Part shown: positions 28,460 through 37,700 of the stretch, piece by piece
Position numbering within the stretch: the stretch's first letter is position 1
Layout of the letters: every line of letters begins with the position of its first letter
Assembly (NCBI GenBank): GCA_030599585.1
Contig: JAUVNS010000005.1
Span: 1 to 64,000 of the forward strand
DNA from: Promethearchaeota archaeon
GTDB lineage: Archaea > Asgardarchaeota > Lokiarchaeia > Sigyniarchaeales > SOKP01
Direction: 5' to 3'
Length of the DNA: 64,000 nucleotides
Program-made: the position numbers and the translations under genes
The notes under the pieces: generated by a model
Seen by the model: only the letters and a program-made list of their open reading frames with translations
Databases searched by the model: none
Told to the model about the DNA's origin: nothing

Positions 28460-28809
28460 ATCGTTTACATAAATTAAATCTAACGAGTGTTCAAATAAGT
28501 ACTTAAATTTTTCTCTAACTTCTTCCTTATTATATAAAATTATATTATCACCTAAAGAAGTGAAATTTATTCATAAATGGTGTTTTTATAAAGAGATAAT
28601 GAAACTGTTGAATATAAATTTCTTTCGATTTCCAAATGTTAAAATTCAAACTTCTAATAATTGGGAATCATACAATCAGTTTCTTTCTCGTTAAAAAGAA
28701 AAAATGATATTTTAATTAATATTTGATGTAAATCCCTATTTCAATTAATAGGAAGAGTTTTATTACAACAGATACTAATTTTTATATCGGTTATTATTCA
28801 CTATATTGT

Positions 28810-29118
28810 GTGATATCTATGGTTGATACGAAAAAAGATTATCAAAAAATCTTGGGTTCTGTTCAAAAACCTGTTAAGGGAGAAGCTGGAAAAACTGGAA
28901 CCTGGAGTTCTAAGAAACCAATAATAGATCTAGAAAAATGTATTCCCGCAAAATCTGGAAAGCCTAGTTGTTTTAATTGTTGGTTGTATTGTCCAGAAGC
29001 AGTAGTATCTAGAACAATACCTCCGGAAATAGATTTAGAATACTGTAAGGGGTGCGGAATTTGTCAAGAGGAATGCCCTGTAAAGGCAATTACAATGGAA
29101 GAGGTGAAAATTGAGTGA
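28810..29118 (+). CDS. porD: 2-oxoacid:ferredoxin oxidoreductase delta subunit (start may be ATG 28819)
   Basis: KTGTW...P, CFNCWLYCPE, YCKGCGICQEECP. Confidence 0.92.
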   Translation: MISMVDTKKDYQKILGSVQKPVKGEAGKTGTWSSKKPIIDLEKCIPAKSGKPSCFNCWLYCPEAVVSRTIPPEIDLEYCKGCGICQEECPVKAITMEEVKIE

Positions 29119-30410
29119 CAGTTACAGAAAAAAACCCTGAAATTAGTGATAAAAAAAAAAAAATTTTGACGGGGAATCATGCTGCAGCCCACGCCCTTAG
29201 ACAAGCAAGAGTTGGAGTTATTGCTGCTTATCCTATAACGCCACAAAGTCCTGTCGTTGAAAAAATCGCTGAATTCGTTTCAAAAGGCAAAATTAAAACT
29301 CGTTTTGTTAAAGTAGAATCAGAACATTCTGCTATGGCAGTATGTTGCGCTGCTTCCGCTACCGGGTCAAGAGTTGGCACAGCAACATCGTCCCACGGAT
29401 TAATGTTGATGTATGAAATGTTGCCTTGGGCTTCTGGCAATAGATTGCCTATTATAATAAATTTAGCAACCAGAGCTACCGGTGCTCCATGGTCTGTCTG
29501 GACAGATCACCAAGACTTTATTACGATTCGAGATGTAGGCTGGATTCAGATGTTTTGCATGGATAATCAAGAGATTTACGATACCAATATTCAAGCATTT
29601 AAAGTAGCAGAAGATCCTCGGGTTTTTCTTCCAACGGTAGTCGCGTATGATGGTTATATCTTATCTCATACGATGATGCCTGTTTCTATAGAAAAACAAG
29701 AAGAAATTGACGATTTTTTGCCTCCACTAAAACACCATATAAATCTTTCTGATGTTTCTGTAGTGAAAGGGATAGATCCAGTAACTACACCCCATATAAG
29801 AGATAGAGAGAATGAAGGTACTGTCCCGGGATATTTTGAATATAGATACGCGATGCAAAAAGCTCTTGAAAATTCAATTGAAATTATAATGAATGTTCAC
29901 GATGAATTTTCAGAAAAATTTGGACGATCGTATGGAAATGGAATTTATAAAACTTATTTAACGGAAGACGCTGATGTCTTAATATTCTCTATGGGATCAG
30001 TTGCTTCTCAAGCCAGAAATGTTATTAGTAAACTTCGTAAAGATGGATTAAAAGTTGGTTTAATTAGTTTAAAATTATTCAGACCTTTCCCCATTGTGCA
30101 ATTGAGAAAATTGTTTAAAGATACTAAACTCGTAGTAGTTTTTGATAGAGATATAGGCTATGGCTATGAAGGAGTTTTATCTTACGAATTAAAGGCAGCT
30201 CTATATGGTTTAAAGCAAAGCCCGTTTATTAAAGGTTTTATAGTGGGATTAGGTGGTAGAGATGTCACTGATCAGCATATAATCCATGGAGTGACCAAAG
30301 CAATTAATGAATCAGAAAAAGGAATTGTATCTCATGAAACCGATTTTATCGGTTTGAAATTAGAAAACCTTGGTGATTATGACGAAAAAGATTATTTTAA
30401 AGGAGGATAA
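29115..30410 (+). CDS. porA: Pyruvate/2-ketoisovalerate:ferredoxin oxidoreductase alpha subunit
   Basis: GNHAAA, YPITPQ, ESEHSA, ATSSHGL, GLGGRD. Confidence 0.94.
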   Translation: MTVTEKNPEISDKKKKILTGNHAAAHALRQARVGVIAAYPITPQSPVVEKIAEFVSKGKIKTRFVKVESEHSAMAVCCAASATGSRVGTATSSHGLMLMYEMLPWASGNRLPIIINLATRATGAPWSVWTDHQDFITIRDVGWIQMFCMDNQEIYDTNIQAFKVAEDPRVFLPTVVAYDGYILSHTMMPVSIEKQEEIDDFLPPLKHHINLSDVSVVKGIDPVTTPHIRDRENEGTVPGYFEYRYAMQKALENSIEIIMNVHDEFSEKFGRSYGNGIYKTYLTEDADVLIFSMGSVASQARNVISKLRKDGLKVGLISLKLFRPFPIVQLRKLFKDTKLVVVFDRDIGYGYEGVLSYELKAALYGLKQSPFIKGFIVGLGGRDVTDQHIIHGVTKAINESEKGIVSHETDFIGLKLENLGDYDEKDYFKGG

Positions 30411-30415
30411 AAAAA

Positions 30416-31315
30416 ATGGCTAAACTTATGGATATTCCTGAAGAGGAATTCATATATCCTGGTACTAGAGCGTGCGCGGGATGCTCAATGGCACTAATAT
30501 ATAGAATAGCTCTAAAAGCTTTAGGTCCAAAGACGATAATTACTGTTCCTGCATCGTGCTTAACTGTTCTACACGGAATGCAAGGATTTTGTACCACTAA
30601 AGTTTCTGTACTTCACACTCCATTTGCCACTACAGGTGCTTCAGCATCGGGGATCGTTGCTTCACTTGAAGACAAAGGATTAGCTGACGATGTTAATGTG
30701 GTTGCGTTTGCAGGAGATGGTGGTACCGTAGATATCGGAATTCAGAGTTTAAGTGGGGCTGTTGAAAGAGGTACGAATTTTATTTATGCTTGTTACGATA
30801 ATGAGGCATATATGAACACTGGAGTCCAAAGAAGCGGAAGTACACCACCAGGTGCTTATAGTACTACTACTCCTAAAGGTAAAATAGGATATAAGAAAAA
30901 TATGCCTAAAATTTTAGAAGCACATGGCATACCTTATGTGGCCACAGCAATTTCTTCTTATCCTCTGGATTTATACGAGAAATTTAAACACGCTATGAGT
31001 ATTCATGGTCCAAAATATATTCACATTCTTGCTCCATGCCCACCCGGTTGGGGTTATAATCCAAAAGATTCAATTGAGATTGGGAGATTAGCAGTTCAAA
31101 CTGGGTTTTGGCCCCTCTATGAAGTAATTGAGGGTAAATTTGTATTATCAAAGGATAGTAGTAAATATTTAGATCCTAAAAAACGAAAATCTATCATAGA
31201 GTATTTGAAGACTCAAAAAAGGTTCAAAAACATATCTGATGAAGATATTGAGAGACATAAAAGTTATATTGAGGAACAGTGGAAGCAGATTCTAAAAAGA
31301 ATTGAAAATAAATAA
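30416..31315 (+). CDS. porB: Pyruvate/2-ketoisovalerate:ferredoxin oxidoreductase beta subunit
   Basis: ACAGC, GDGG...DNEAYMNTGVQRS TPP motif, PCPPGW. Confidence 0.95.
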   Translation: MAKLMDIPEEEFIYPGTRACAGCSMALIYRIALKALGPKTIITVPASCLTVLHGMQGFCTTKVSVLHTPFATTGASASGIVASLEDKGLADDVNVVAFAGDGGTVDIGIQSLSGAVERGTNFIYACYDNEAYMNTGVQRSGSTPPGAYSTTTPKGKIGYKKNMPKILEAHGIPYVATAISSYPLDLYEKFKHAMSIHGPKYIHILAPCPPGWGYNPKDSIEIGRLAVQTGFWPLYEVIEGKFVLSKDSSKYLDPKKRKSIIEYLKTQKRFKNISDEDIERHKSYIEEQWKQILKRIENK

Positions 31316-31426
31316 AGTTACCTTGTTTTTTTATCAAAATCTATTTGATACTATCATTTTGATGGTCTGATATATTCATATAGAAAAAGATATAAATTAC
31401 CTAGAGTTAAAAATATGTGAATATAT

Positions 31427-32212
31427 ATGCTAAAAACATACATTTTCGACGAATCTAATAAAAATTGGATTGAAGAGCGACTAAGTTTACTTTACCACGA
31501 TCTTTGCGCACTTCTAGATGAGGAACGCAATATTATTTACATATGGAACGGACCAAAAAGTTCTCAAGAAAGATTAAAAAAAGGATACGAACAATTAAAA
31601 AATCTAGTTTCTAATTACCCCAATATTGATTTTCAAATCTCTATATTGAATAAGAAAGTTCCAGATTATGTTCAGATTAGACTAGATAAAATGTTGAGCG
31701 AAATAAAGTATGATGATAAAAAAAAATTCGATAAGTTCTCAAGATTCATTACTTTAAGGCTTTATTTCATTTTTTTACTCCCAGCATTAATTTTTCCATT
31801 AATTTCATTTTTAAATCTGAGTACTTCGTTAACTTGGAGAAAAACGGGATATAATTTTGAAGTGAGTTCAGGACTTTACGATAATTGGCTATCAATTTCC
31901 TTACTTTTTATTATCCTAACAATAATATCCTTTGTGATTATCCTAATACTAGGTATTGTCGAAATCGAATATAAAATAATAACCTATTCAATTATAGGAC
32001 TTATCGTTTCTAGTGGAATTGCTATTTATCTCCAACAAGGAATATTCTTGTTTCTATTTCAAGATGGATCAACAGCTTCAATCTACTATATTAAACAAAG
32101 CGACATCCTATTATTTCTAGTAATAATCGTTTTTGGAATCGCGATATATGAAATACCAAATCTTGTAGAACTCATCAATTTCATTATAGTCTTTCGTAAA
32201 TTTATTCTTTAA
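31427..32212 (+). CDS. Gelsolin-like domain fused to a four-helix membrane domain
   Basis: N-terminal LLYHDLCALLDEERNIIYIWNGPKSSQERLKKG fits the gelsolin core (hhD...hYhWxGxxS); four hydrophobic segments from about aa 110 to 260. Confidence 0.7.
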   Translation: MLKTYIFDESNKNWIEERLSLLYHDLCALLDEERNIIYIWNGPKSSQERLKKGYEQLKNLVSNYPNIDFQISILNKKVPDYVQIRLDKMLSEIKYDDKKKFDKFSRFITLRLYFIFLLPALIFPLISFLNLSTSLTWRKTGYNFEVSSGLYDNWLSISLLFIILTIISFVIILILGIVEIEYKIITYSIIGLIVSSGIAIYLQQGIFLFLFQDGSTASIYYIKQSDILLFLVIIVFGIAIYEIPNLVELINFIIVFRKFIL

Positions 32213-32253
32213 TTTACAGTTATAAACTAATACTAAAATAAAGTACAAACAAA

Positions 32254-33138
32254 ATGAGTAAAGCTGCGAAAATTCTCCCTAACATGGAAAAAGAAGACCT
32301 TAGGGTTTTAATGGCAATTGAAATTGGAATGCGAAGATCAGAATTTGTTACAATAAATAATATTAAATTCTATTCAAGGTATCCTATGGAAGAGACTTTA
32401 TATCGCCTTAAGAAGGTTCATAAACTAGATTTAATAATAAGAGATTCTTCAAAAAGTAAAGTAGGATATACTCTTAATTCAATTGGTTATGATATCTTAG
32501 CACTTCATACCTTAGTAGAAAAAGAGATAATTGGGCAATTAGGCCCATTAATTGGTAAAGGAAAAGAATCAGATGTTTATGGTTGTATGGATGATGATGA
32601 GAATATTTTCGCATTAAAAATTTATCGAATTGGGAGAACTAGCTTTAAAAGTATTAAAAGGCTAAGAAGTTTCCTTGGAAATCGAAAACATGCATCTTGG
32701 TTGTATATAAATCGACTTGCTGCTAAAAAAGAATTTGAAGCACTAAACAAGATTTATGAACTTAAATTAAATACTCCTAAACCAATTGGTTTTAATAGAC
32801 ACATAATAGTTATGTCTTACTTAAGAGGAAAAGAATTAGCCTATCATAGCAATATTAAAAACCCAGTCAAATTATTTAACAAAATTATCAAACAAGTTAA
32901 AATTATTTACCAAAAAGCAAAAATGATACATGGAGATCTAGGAGAGTTCAATATCGTAGTAGATCATAAAGATAATATTTTAATTATTGACTGGTTACAA
33001 TGGGTTCCTTCAGATCATCCAAATGCAAATTCGCTTTTAGAAAGAGATATAGGAAATGTGTGTAATTTCTTTAAAAAAAAATTCAATGTAGAAAGCAACC
33101 CTTTAGAAATCATTGAATCATTTAAAAAAAAAAAATAA
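32254..33138 (+). CDS. rio2: RIO2-type Ser/Thr kinase
   Basis: N-terminal wHTH (LMAIEIGMRRSEFV, GYDILAL), GKGKESDVY, IHGDLGEFNI, IIDW. Confidence 0.93.
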   Translation: MSKAAKILPNMEKEDLRVLMAIEIGMRRSEFVTINNIKFYSRYPMEETLYRLKKVHKLDLIIRDSSKSKVGYTLNSIGYDILALHTLVEKEIIGQLGPLIGKGKESDVYGCMDDDENIFALKIYRIGRTSFKSIKRLRSFLGNRKHASWLYINRLAAKKEFEALNKIYELKLNTPKPIGFNRHIIVMSYLRGKELAYHSNIKNPVKLFNKIIKQVKIIYQKAKMIHGDLGEFNIVVDHKDNILIIDWLQWVPSDHPNANSLLERDIGNVCNFFKKKFNVESNPLEIIESFKKKK

Positions 33139-33140
33139 AT

Positions 33141-33743
33141 TCATTTTTTTTTCAAAAGAGTTCCCTGAATAATTACATCTTCAACCCTTTCCAACCTTAT
33201 TAAATTTAAATCTACGATTTCTGATTTTAGATACGAATCAATATTGTCTAAATTCAAATTTTTCTTCAAGATTGATAAATTTAATGAGGTTCCTTGCCGA
33301 CCAACGCGAAATAATTCTCTCAACCCTTTCTTAATATCATGTAAATTTTGAAGCGATGTAACAGCAAAAATTTGGTGGATTTTTTCTTCCCTAAAAGGTA
33401 GATTTTCTATATCCCCTAATATTAAATTTGGGTGTTTGATACTTGATACCTTAGTTATCTTGTGTAAGAATTGTTTCAACATTTTCCAAGAAATATCTAA
33501 ACCGATATATTTTAACTTCTCATCATATATTTGCTGATTAGATCTAAGAAAAAATTCAAAAAGAAGTCCCGTCCCACAACCTGCATCCAATAAGATTTTA
33601 TTATCAAATTTAGAATCTCTTAAAAGTAGTTGGAATTTCGAATTTTGGATATTCTTATATCTGTCATCATAAAAGCTTGAGGTTGAATTGTATTTAGCGA
33701 TAATATATTTTTTTTTCTCTGAATCTTTATTTAGAGGGTTCAA
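33141..33743 (-). CDS. Class I SAM-dependent methyltransferase
   Basis: LLDAGCGTG, GLDIS, GDIENLPF. Confidence 0.88.
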   Translation of the reverse strand: MNPLNKDSEKKKYIIAKYNSTSSFYDDRYKNIQNSKFQLLLRDSKFDNKILLDAGCGTGLLFEFFLRSNQQIYDEKLKYIGLDISWKMLKQFLHKITKVSSIKHPNLILGDIENLPFREEKIHQIFAVTSLQNLHDIKKGLRELFRVGRQGTSLNLSILKKNLNLDNIDSYLKSEIVDLNLIRLERVEDVIIQGTLLKKK

Positions 33744-33836
33744 TATTCTTAGAAAGGTTTTAATTGAAAAAAGTTTTTCTTTAAATTATCTTTTTAATAA
33801 TTATAATATAAATGTTTTTTTAATAAGTGATAAAGA

Positions 33837-34091
33837 ATGTCAAGTCAAAATAATAGAAATAAGAACCCTTTACATATATTACAAGCCGCCCAAAACAGTC
33901 AAATCTTGCTTAGATTAAAAGACGGTACGGAATATAAGGGTTTATTAAAAGAAATCGACGCCTACATGAATTTAATCTTAGAAAATGCTACTGAAATCAT
34001 GGAAGGATCTCCTGTGGCTAAATACAACGAAATTTTTATACGCGGTAATAATTTGCTGTTCATAAAGCCAGATGCTTCTCAAATTATGTAA
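33837..34091 (+). CDS. Sm/Lsm-family RNA-binding protein (SmAP)
   Basis: LKDGTEYKGLL..DAYMNLIL (Sm1) and IFIRGNN (Sm2). Confidence 0.94.
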   Translation: MSSQNNRNKNPLHILQAAQNSQILLRLKDGTEYKGLLKEIDAYMNLILENATEIMEGSPVAKYNEIFIRGNNLLFIKPDASQIM

Positions 34092-34104
34092 TTGAGAGCA
34101 AGAA

Positions 34105-34548
34105 TTGAAAAATAGCGACACTTCAGATTCTAATTTCATATCAGTTATAGGTTACGGTACGTTCATCACCCTTGGGCATTGGAAGAATAAATTCAATGTT
34201 GAGGTGTGTACTGTGAATAAATTTACAAGGATTTTCCCTAGAAATAGCTGGTTTCCTTATGCGTTAAAATCATCTGGCTCATTTAAAGCGTTAAAATTTG
34301 ATGTATCTAAAGAAGAAATAAAGATTTTAGATAAAATCGAAGGTGTAGCTGACGGCTTATTTAAGCGAGTTATGGTTGATATTTTATTAAAAAATAATCA
34401 GTCCTCATCTGCTTTTATGTATATTCCTACTGAAGAGACAATAGTTTCTCAAAAACTAACCTTAGAATCAGACAAAATTGATCGATGGAAAGAAGAAATC
34501 AAGAAACTACCCGAAATTGTTAGAAAATTTCCCGATCTATTCACTTGA
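34105..34548 (+). CDS. Gamma-glutamylcyclotransferase (AIG2-like) family protein
   Basis: YGT motif (IGYGTF) and LDKIEG...FKR. Confidence 0.7.
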   Translation: MKNSDTSDSNFISVIGYGTFITLGHWKNKFNVEVCTVNKFTRIFPRNSWFPYALKSSGSFKALKFDVSKEEIKILDKIEGVADGLFKRVMVDILLKNNQSSSAFMYIPTEETIVSQKLTLESDKIDRWKEEIKKLPEIVRKFPDLFT

Positions 34549-35445
34549 TTAAGAGATAATCTTAGGTATCACTGTTTTATTTCTTATAATTGCGTATGAT
34601 GCGGGAATGGGGGCTAATGTGCCTCGATAATTAGCAGAAGAAAAAATTGATAACAATCGTTTGTTGAAAAACCATTTATACCCTTCAGGGAACCTTTCGT
34701 GAGCTCTTACCAAGTAATCTAATTTGTTTTCTCGCATAAAATCTGAGAATACATCTTCTCCAAAGAATTTGACCTCTCTTCCTCTAAAACTTTCCGTAAA
34801 ACCTTCTAGATTGGGTTTGGGATCGTTCCACATAATTTGTAGCAAGCTTTTAGCTGTATTTTCATCAATTAAGTTTATTTCTGATGTTTTAATACCTCTT
34901 AATCTATTAATAGCGTTGAATTCTTCTGGAATACCTCCATGAAGACACAATATGGATTCATTTACTAAAGCACTATAAGGAAGAGCGTTATATAATGCTT
35001 TAACCTGGTTAAATTTCTTAGGATCTTTAAACCGATTTAAAAAATCTTGATAAAACCCATAGTTCCGATTAACTTCTAGAGTTTCGTGATTCCCCTTTAA
35101 AAAAAAATATTTATTAGAATCTTTTATTTTTAATGCTAGGACTAAAATTAAGCACTCTAACTGATATGAACCGCGATCGACGATATCGCCTAAAAAGATA
35201 ACATACTTCGAGTTTTCTTTTTTGATGATTTCCATCAATTTCATCAGACTTTTCAAATCCCCATGGAGATCTCCAATTACCATAACTTTATCTTGTGGAT
35301 GTTCTTTCTTTAACTCCAAAATTAGAGTTTCTTCTCTAAATAACTTAACTGCTTCGCGAAAAACTAAAAGAAGTTTTTTAAACTTTAATTTGGCTATTAG
35401 ATATGGATTTTCGATTATTCTATCTAAGAATGATTGTTCTATCAA
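34549..35445 (-). CDS. PPP-family Ser/Thr protein phosphatase
   Basis: GDLHG, GDIVDRG, GNHE, HGG, WNDP, RAHE, FSSANY. Confidence 0.94.
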   Translation of the reverse strand: MIEQSFLDRIIENPYLIAKLKFKKLLLVFREAVKLFREETLILELKKEHPQDKVMVIGDLHGDLKSLMKLMEIIKKENSKYVIFLGDIVDRGSYQLECLILVLALKIKDSNKYFFLKGNHETLEVNRNYGFYQDFLNRFKDPKKFNQVKALYNALPYSALVNESILCLHGGIPEEFNAINRLRGIKTSEINLIDENTAKSLLQIMWNDPKPNLEGFTESFRGREVKFFGEDVFSDFMRENKLDYLVRAHERFPEGYKWFFNKRLLSIFSSANYRGTLAPIPASYAIIRNKTVIPKIIS

Positions 35446-35608
35446 TTTTCACTATGATTATGTATTGCAAATTTAAAAATCTCTAATAACTATGACACTA
35501 TTTTAAAATTAATACCTTACAGTTTTATAAATAAAGGCTATGATTATAAAAGTAGATATTATAAAAGTCTTTAATGAATTAATTTTTAAATCTGTCTAAT
35601 GAAAAATT

Positions 35609-37636
35609 TTGCCAAATAAAAGCGCTACTTTTACCTTAGAATCGGTAATTAAGAGTTTCGAAGAAAAAAAAATTGCGGAAAAAATCAATAACCGTGATCG
35701 TGGGGTAATATATACGCCTCAACCTATTGCAGATCTAATGGTAGTAAATATTTTTAGAATCTTTGTTAGCGATATTTCAGAAACATTAAATACGGGTGAA
35801 AAGTTCAATACTACTCTTAAGCTTTTAAATTTTTTTATAGAACATAAAAATCTTAAAAATAAGCTTAAAATAAAGCTAAATAATATAAAAATTTTAGATC
35901 CTGCTTGCGGAACGGGAAGATTTTTAACTGCTGCTGCCAATTTGCTTTTAAATTTTTATAAAATATGCGAACCGGAACAAAATATCTACGATCTTAAGAA
36001 GAAAATTATTCAGAATCATATATTCGGAATTGATATTGATAAAACATCAATATTGATGTCAAAATTAATATTAATAAAATGGATATATTCGGAAAACAAG
36101 ATTGAACTGAAGAAAAATAAAGATAATATTCCTAATTTAGGAGAAATTGAAAATTTTATCGATGATATCGATCTAAGCTTTAATCTGTTTAATATGGATT
36201 ATTTGCTCGAGTTTGATCAGCAAGACTTTGATATCATCATTGGTAACCCTCCCTATGTAGAAAATAAAAAAATTGGTAATAAAGAATTTAAGAAAAAGCT
36301 AAAAAAAAATTTTGATTCTGCTTATAGATTATATGACCTCAGTGTAGTTTTTCTTGAAAAATCACTAAAAATCCTAAAAACTGGAATTGGTTGTCTTTCC
36401 TTTTTAACCACCAATAAATTTATATCAGCAGAATATGGTTTGAAAATAAGGGAATTGTTATTGCGAATAACGGAGATTAAGGAAATACTAAACATATCTT
36501 CGTTACCAATATTTAAAAACACGGCAGCCTATCCCATAATTCTATCATGCAAAAAGAACAACAACGTCAAAAATACAGTTATTATTAAAAATTATGACAA
36601 TATCACCGATTTTAAACAACTTCACAGCAAGAATCTAATTAAATTTCCTCAAAGCATAATCCATTCTTTGCCTTCATTTATAATCCCTTTAAATTCTGAT
36701 GCCAATTTAATTAATTTCCTTTATGCAAACTTTAAACCTTTATCAATTGCAATAAAGGATCTTAATATTCTATATCGGCCATTTGGATTTATTAAATGGG
36801 CAGAAAATTTTAAATATATGAATAAGAACAAGGTATCTGATAAAGATCTCATTTTATTGGGGACAGGAAATGTAGGTAAATATTTCATTAATTTTAATAA
36901 GCGAATAAAAATTGCCAAAGTCGATAAAGAGATATCTTATTTTAGCTATCAACCAGCATACAAAGAAGTTTGGAGCAAACTTTCAAGTGAAAAATTAGTT
37001 TTTAGAGAACTTTCAAAAGAGATTACTTTCGTATACGATCCAGGAATTTTTGCTAATTTAACAGGGTTGTATTTTTTGAAGGTACCGTCATTTACAACAA
37101 ACGATTATTTTTGTTTGTTGTCGATACTGAATTCAGATATTATTAATACCGTATTTAATGCATTATACGGAACTCTTCATATGTCTGGAGGGTATTTAAG
37201 GTATAACGGAAGCTTTATAAAAAACCTACCCATGCCAGATCGTTTTCCCATATCGCTTTCTTATCTAGGTAAAATAATTCAATTTTTATCACAATTAAAA
37301 TTTGAACTTCTCCAAGAACCTATCGATGAAATTAAATTATTAGAAATCGAAAACTTCTTAAATTTTTATCAGAGTCTATCAAATTCTTTAGTTACTCAAC
37401 TGTATTTACAATTCGAACCTTATAATGAATTAAATAAATTATTAAATTCTCCTAATTCGATACCAGATATAAAAATTAATAATTTTAAATGTCGTTTTGA
37501 TCTACCGAAATATAATACTTATTTAAAGGAAGAATTGAAGGAAAACCTAAATCAAATTAATAATTCATTTAATTTTTTAAATGAAAATTCGAAATTGGTG
37601 CATCAAATAAACAAATGTTTAGTGTATAAATTCTAA
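35609..37636 (+). CDS. Type II gamma-class N6-adenine DNA methyltransferase with target-recognition domain (Eco57I/TaqI-like), no nuclease domain seen
   Basis: GVIYTP, ILDPACGTGRF, GIDID, IIGNPPY; C-terminal KLVFRE, LSILNS, LPMP. Confidence 0.88.
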   Translation: MPNKSATFTLESVIKSFEEKKIAEKINNRDRGVIYTPQPIADLMVVNIFRIFVSDISETLNTGEKFNTTLKLLNFFIEHKNLKNKLKIKLNNIKILDPACGTGRFLTAAANLLLNFYKICEPEQNIYDLKKKIIQNHIFGIDIDKTSILMSKLILIKWIYSENKIELKKNKDNIPNLGEIENFIDDIDLSFNLFNMDYLLEFDQQDFDIIIGNPPYVENKKIGNKEFKKKLKKNFDSAYRLYDLSVVFLEKSLKILKTGIGCLSFLTTNKFISAEYGLKIRELLLRITEIKEILNISSLPIFKNTAAYPIILSCKKNNNVKNTVIIKNYDNITDFKQLHSKNLIKFPQSIIHSLPSFIIPLNSDANLINFLYANFKPLSIAIKDLNILYRPFGFIKWAENFKYMNKNKVSDKDLILLGTGNVGKYFINFNKRIKIAKVDKEISYFSYQPAYKEVWSKLSSEKLVFRELSKEITFVYDPGIFANLTGLYFLKVPSFTTNDYFCLLSILNSDIINTVFNALYGTLHMSGGYLRYNGSFIKNLPMPDRFPISLSYLGKIIQFLSQLKFELLQEPIDEIKLLEIENFLNFYQSLSNSLVTQLYLQFEPYNELNKLLNSPNSIPDIKINNFKCRFDLPKYNTYLKEELKENLNQINNSFNFLNENSKLVHQINKCLVYKF

Positions 37637-37700
37637 TTTTTCCTATAAAAAAAACCGTTAAAATAGATGCTAATTATAATATAATATTTAACTACAATTT

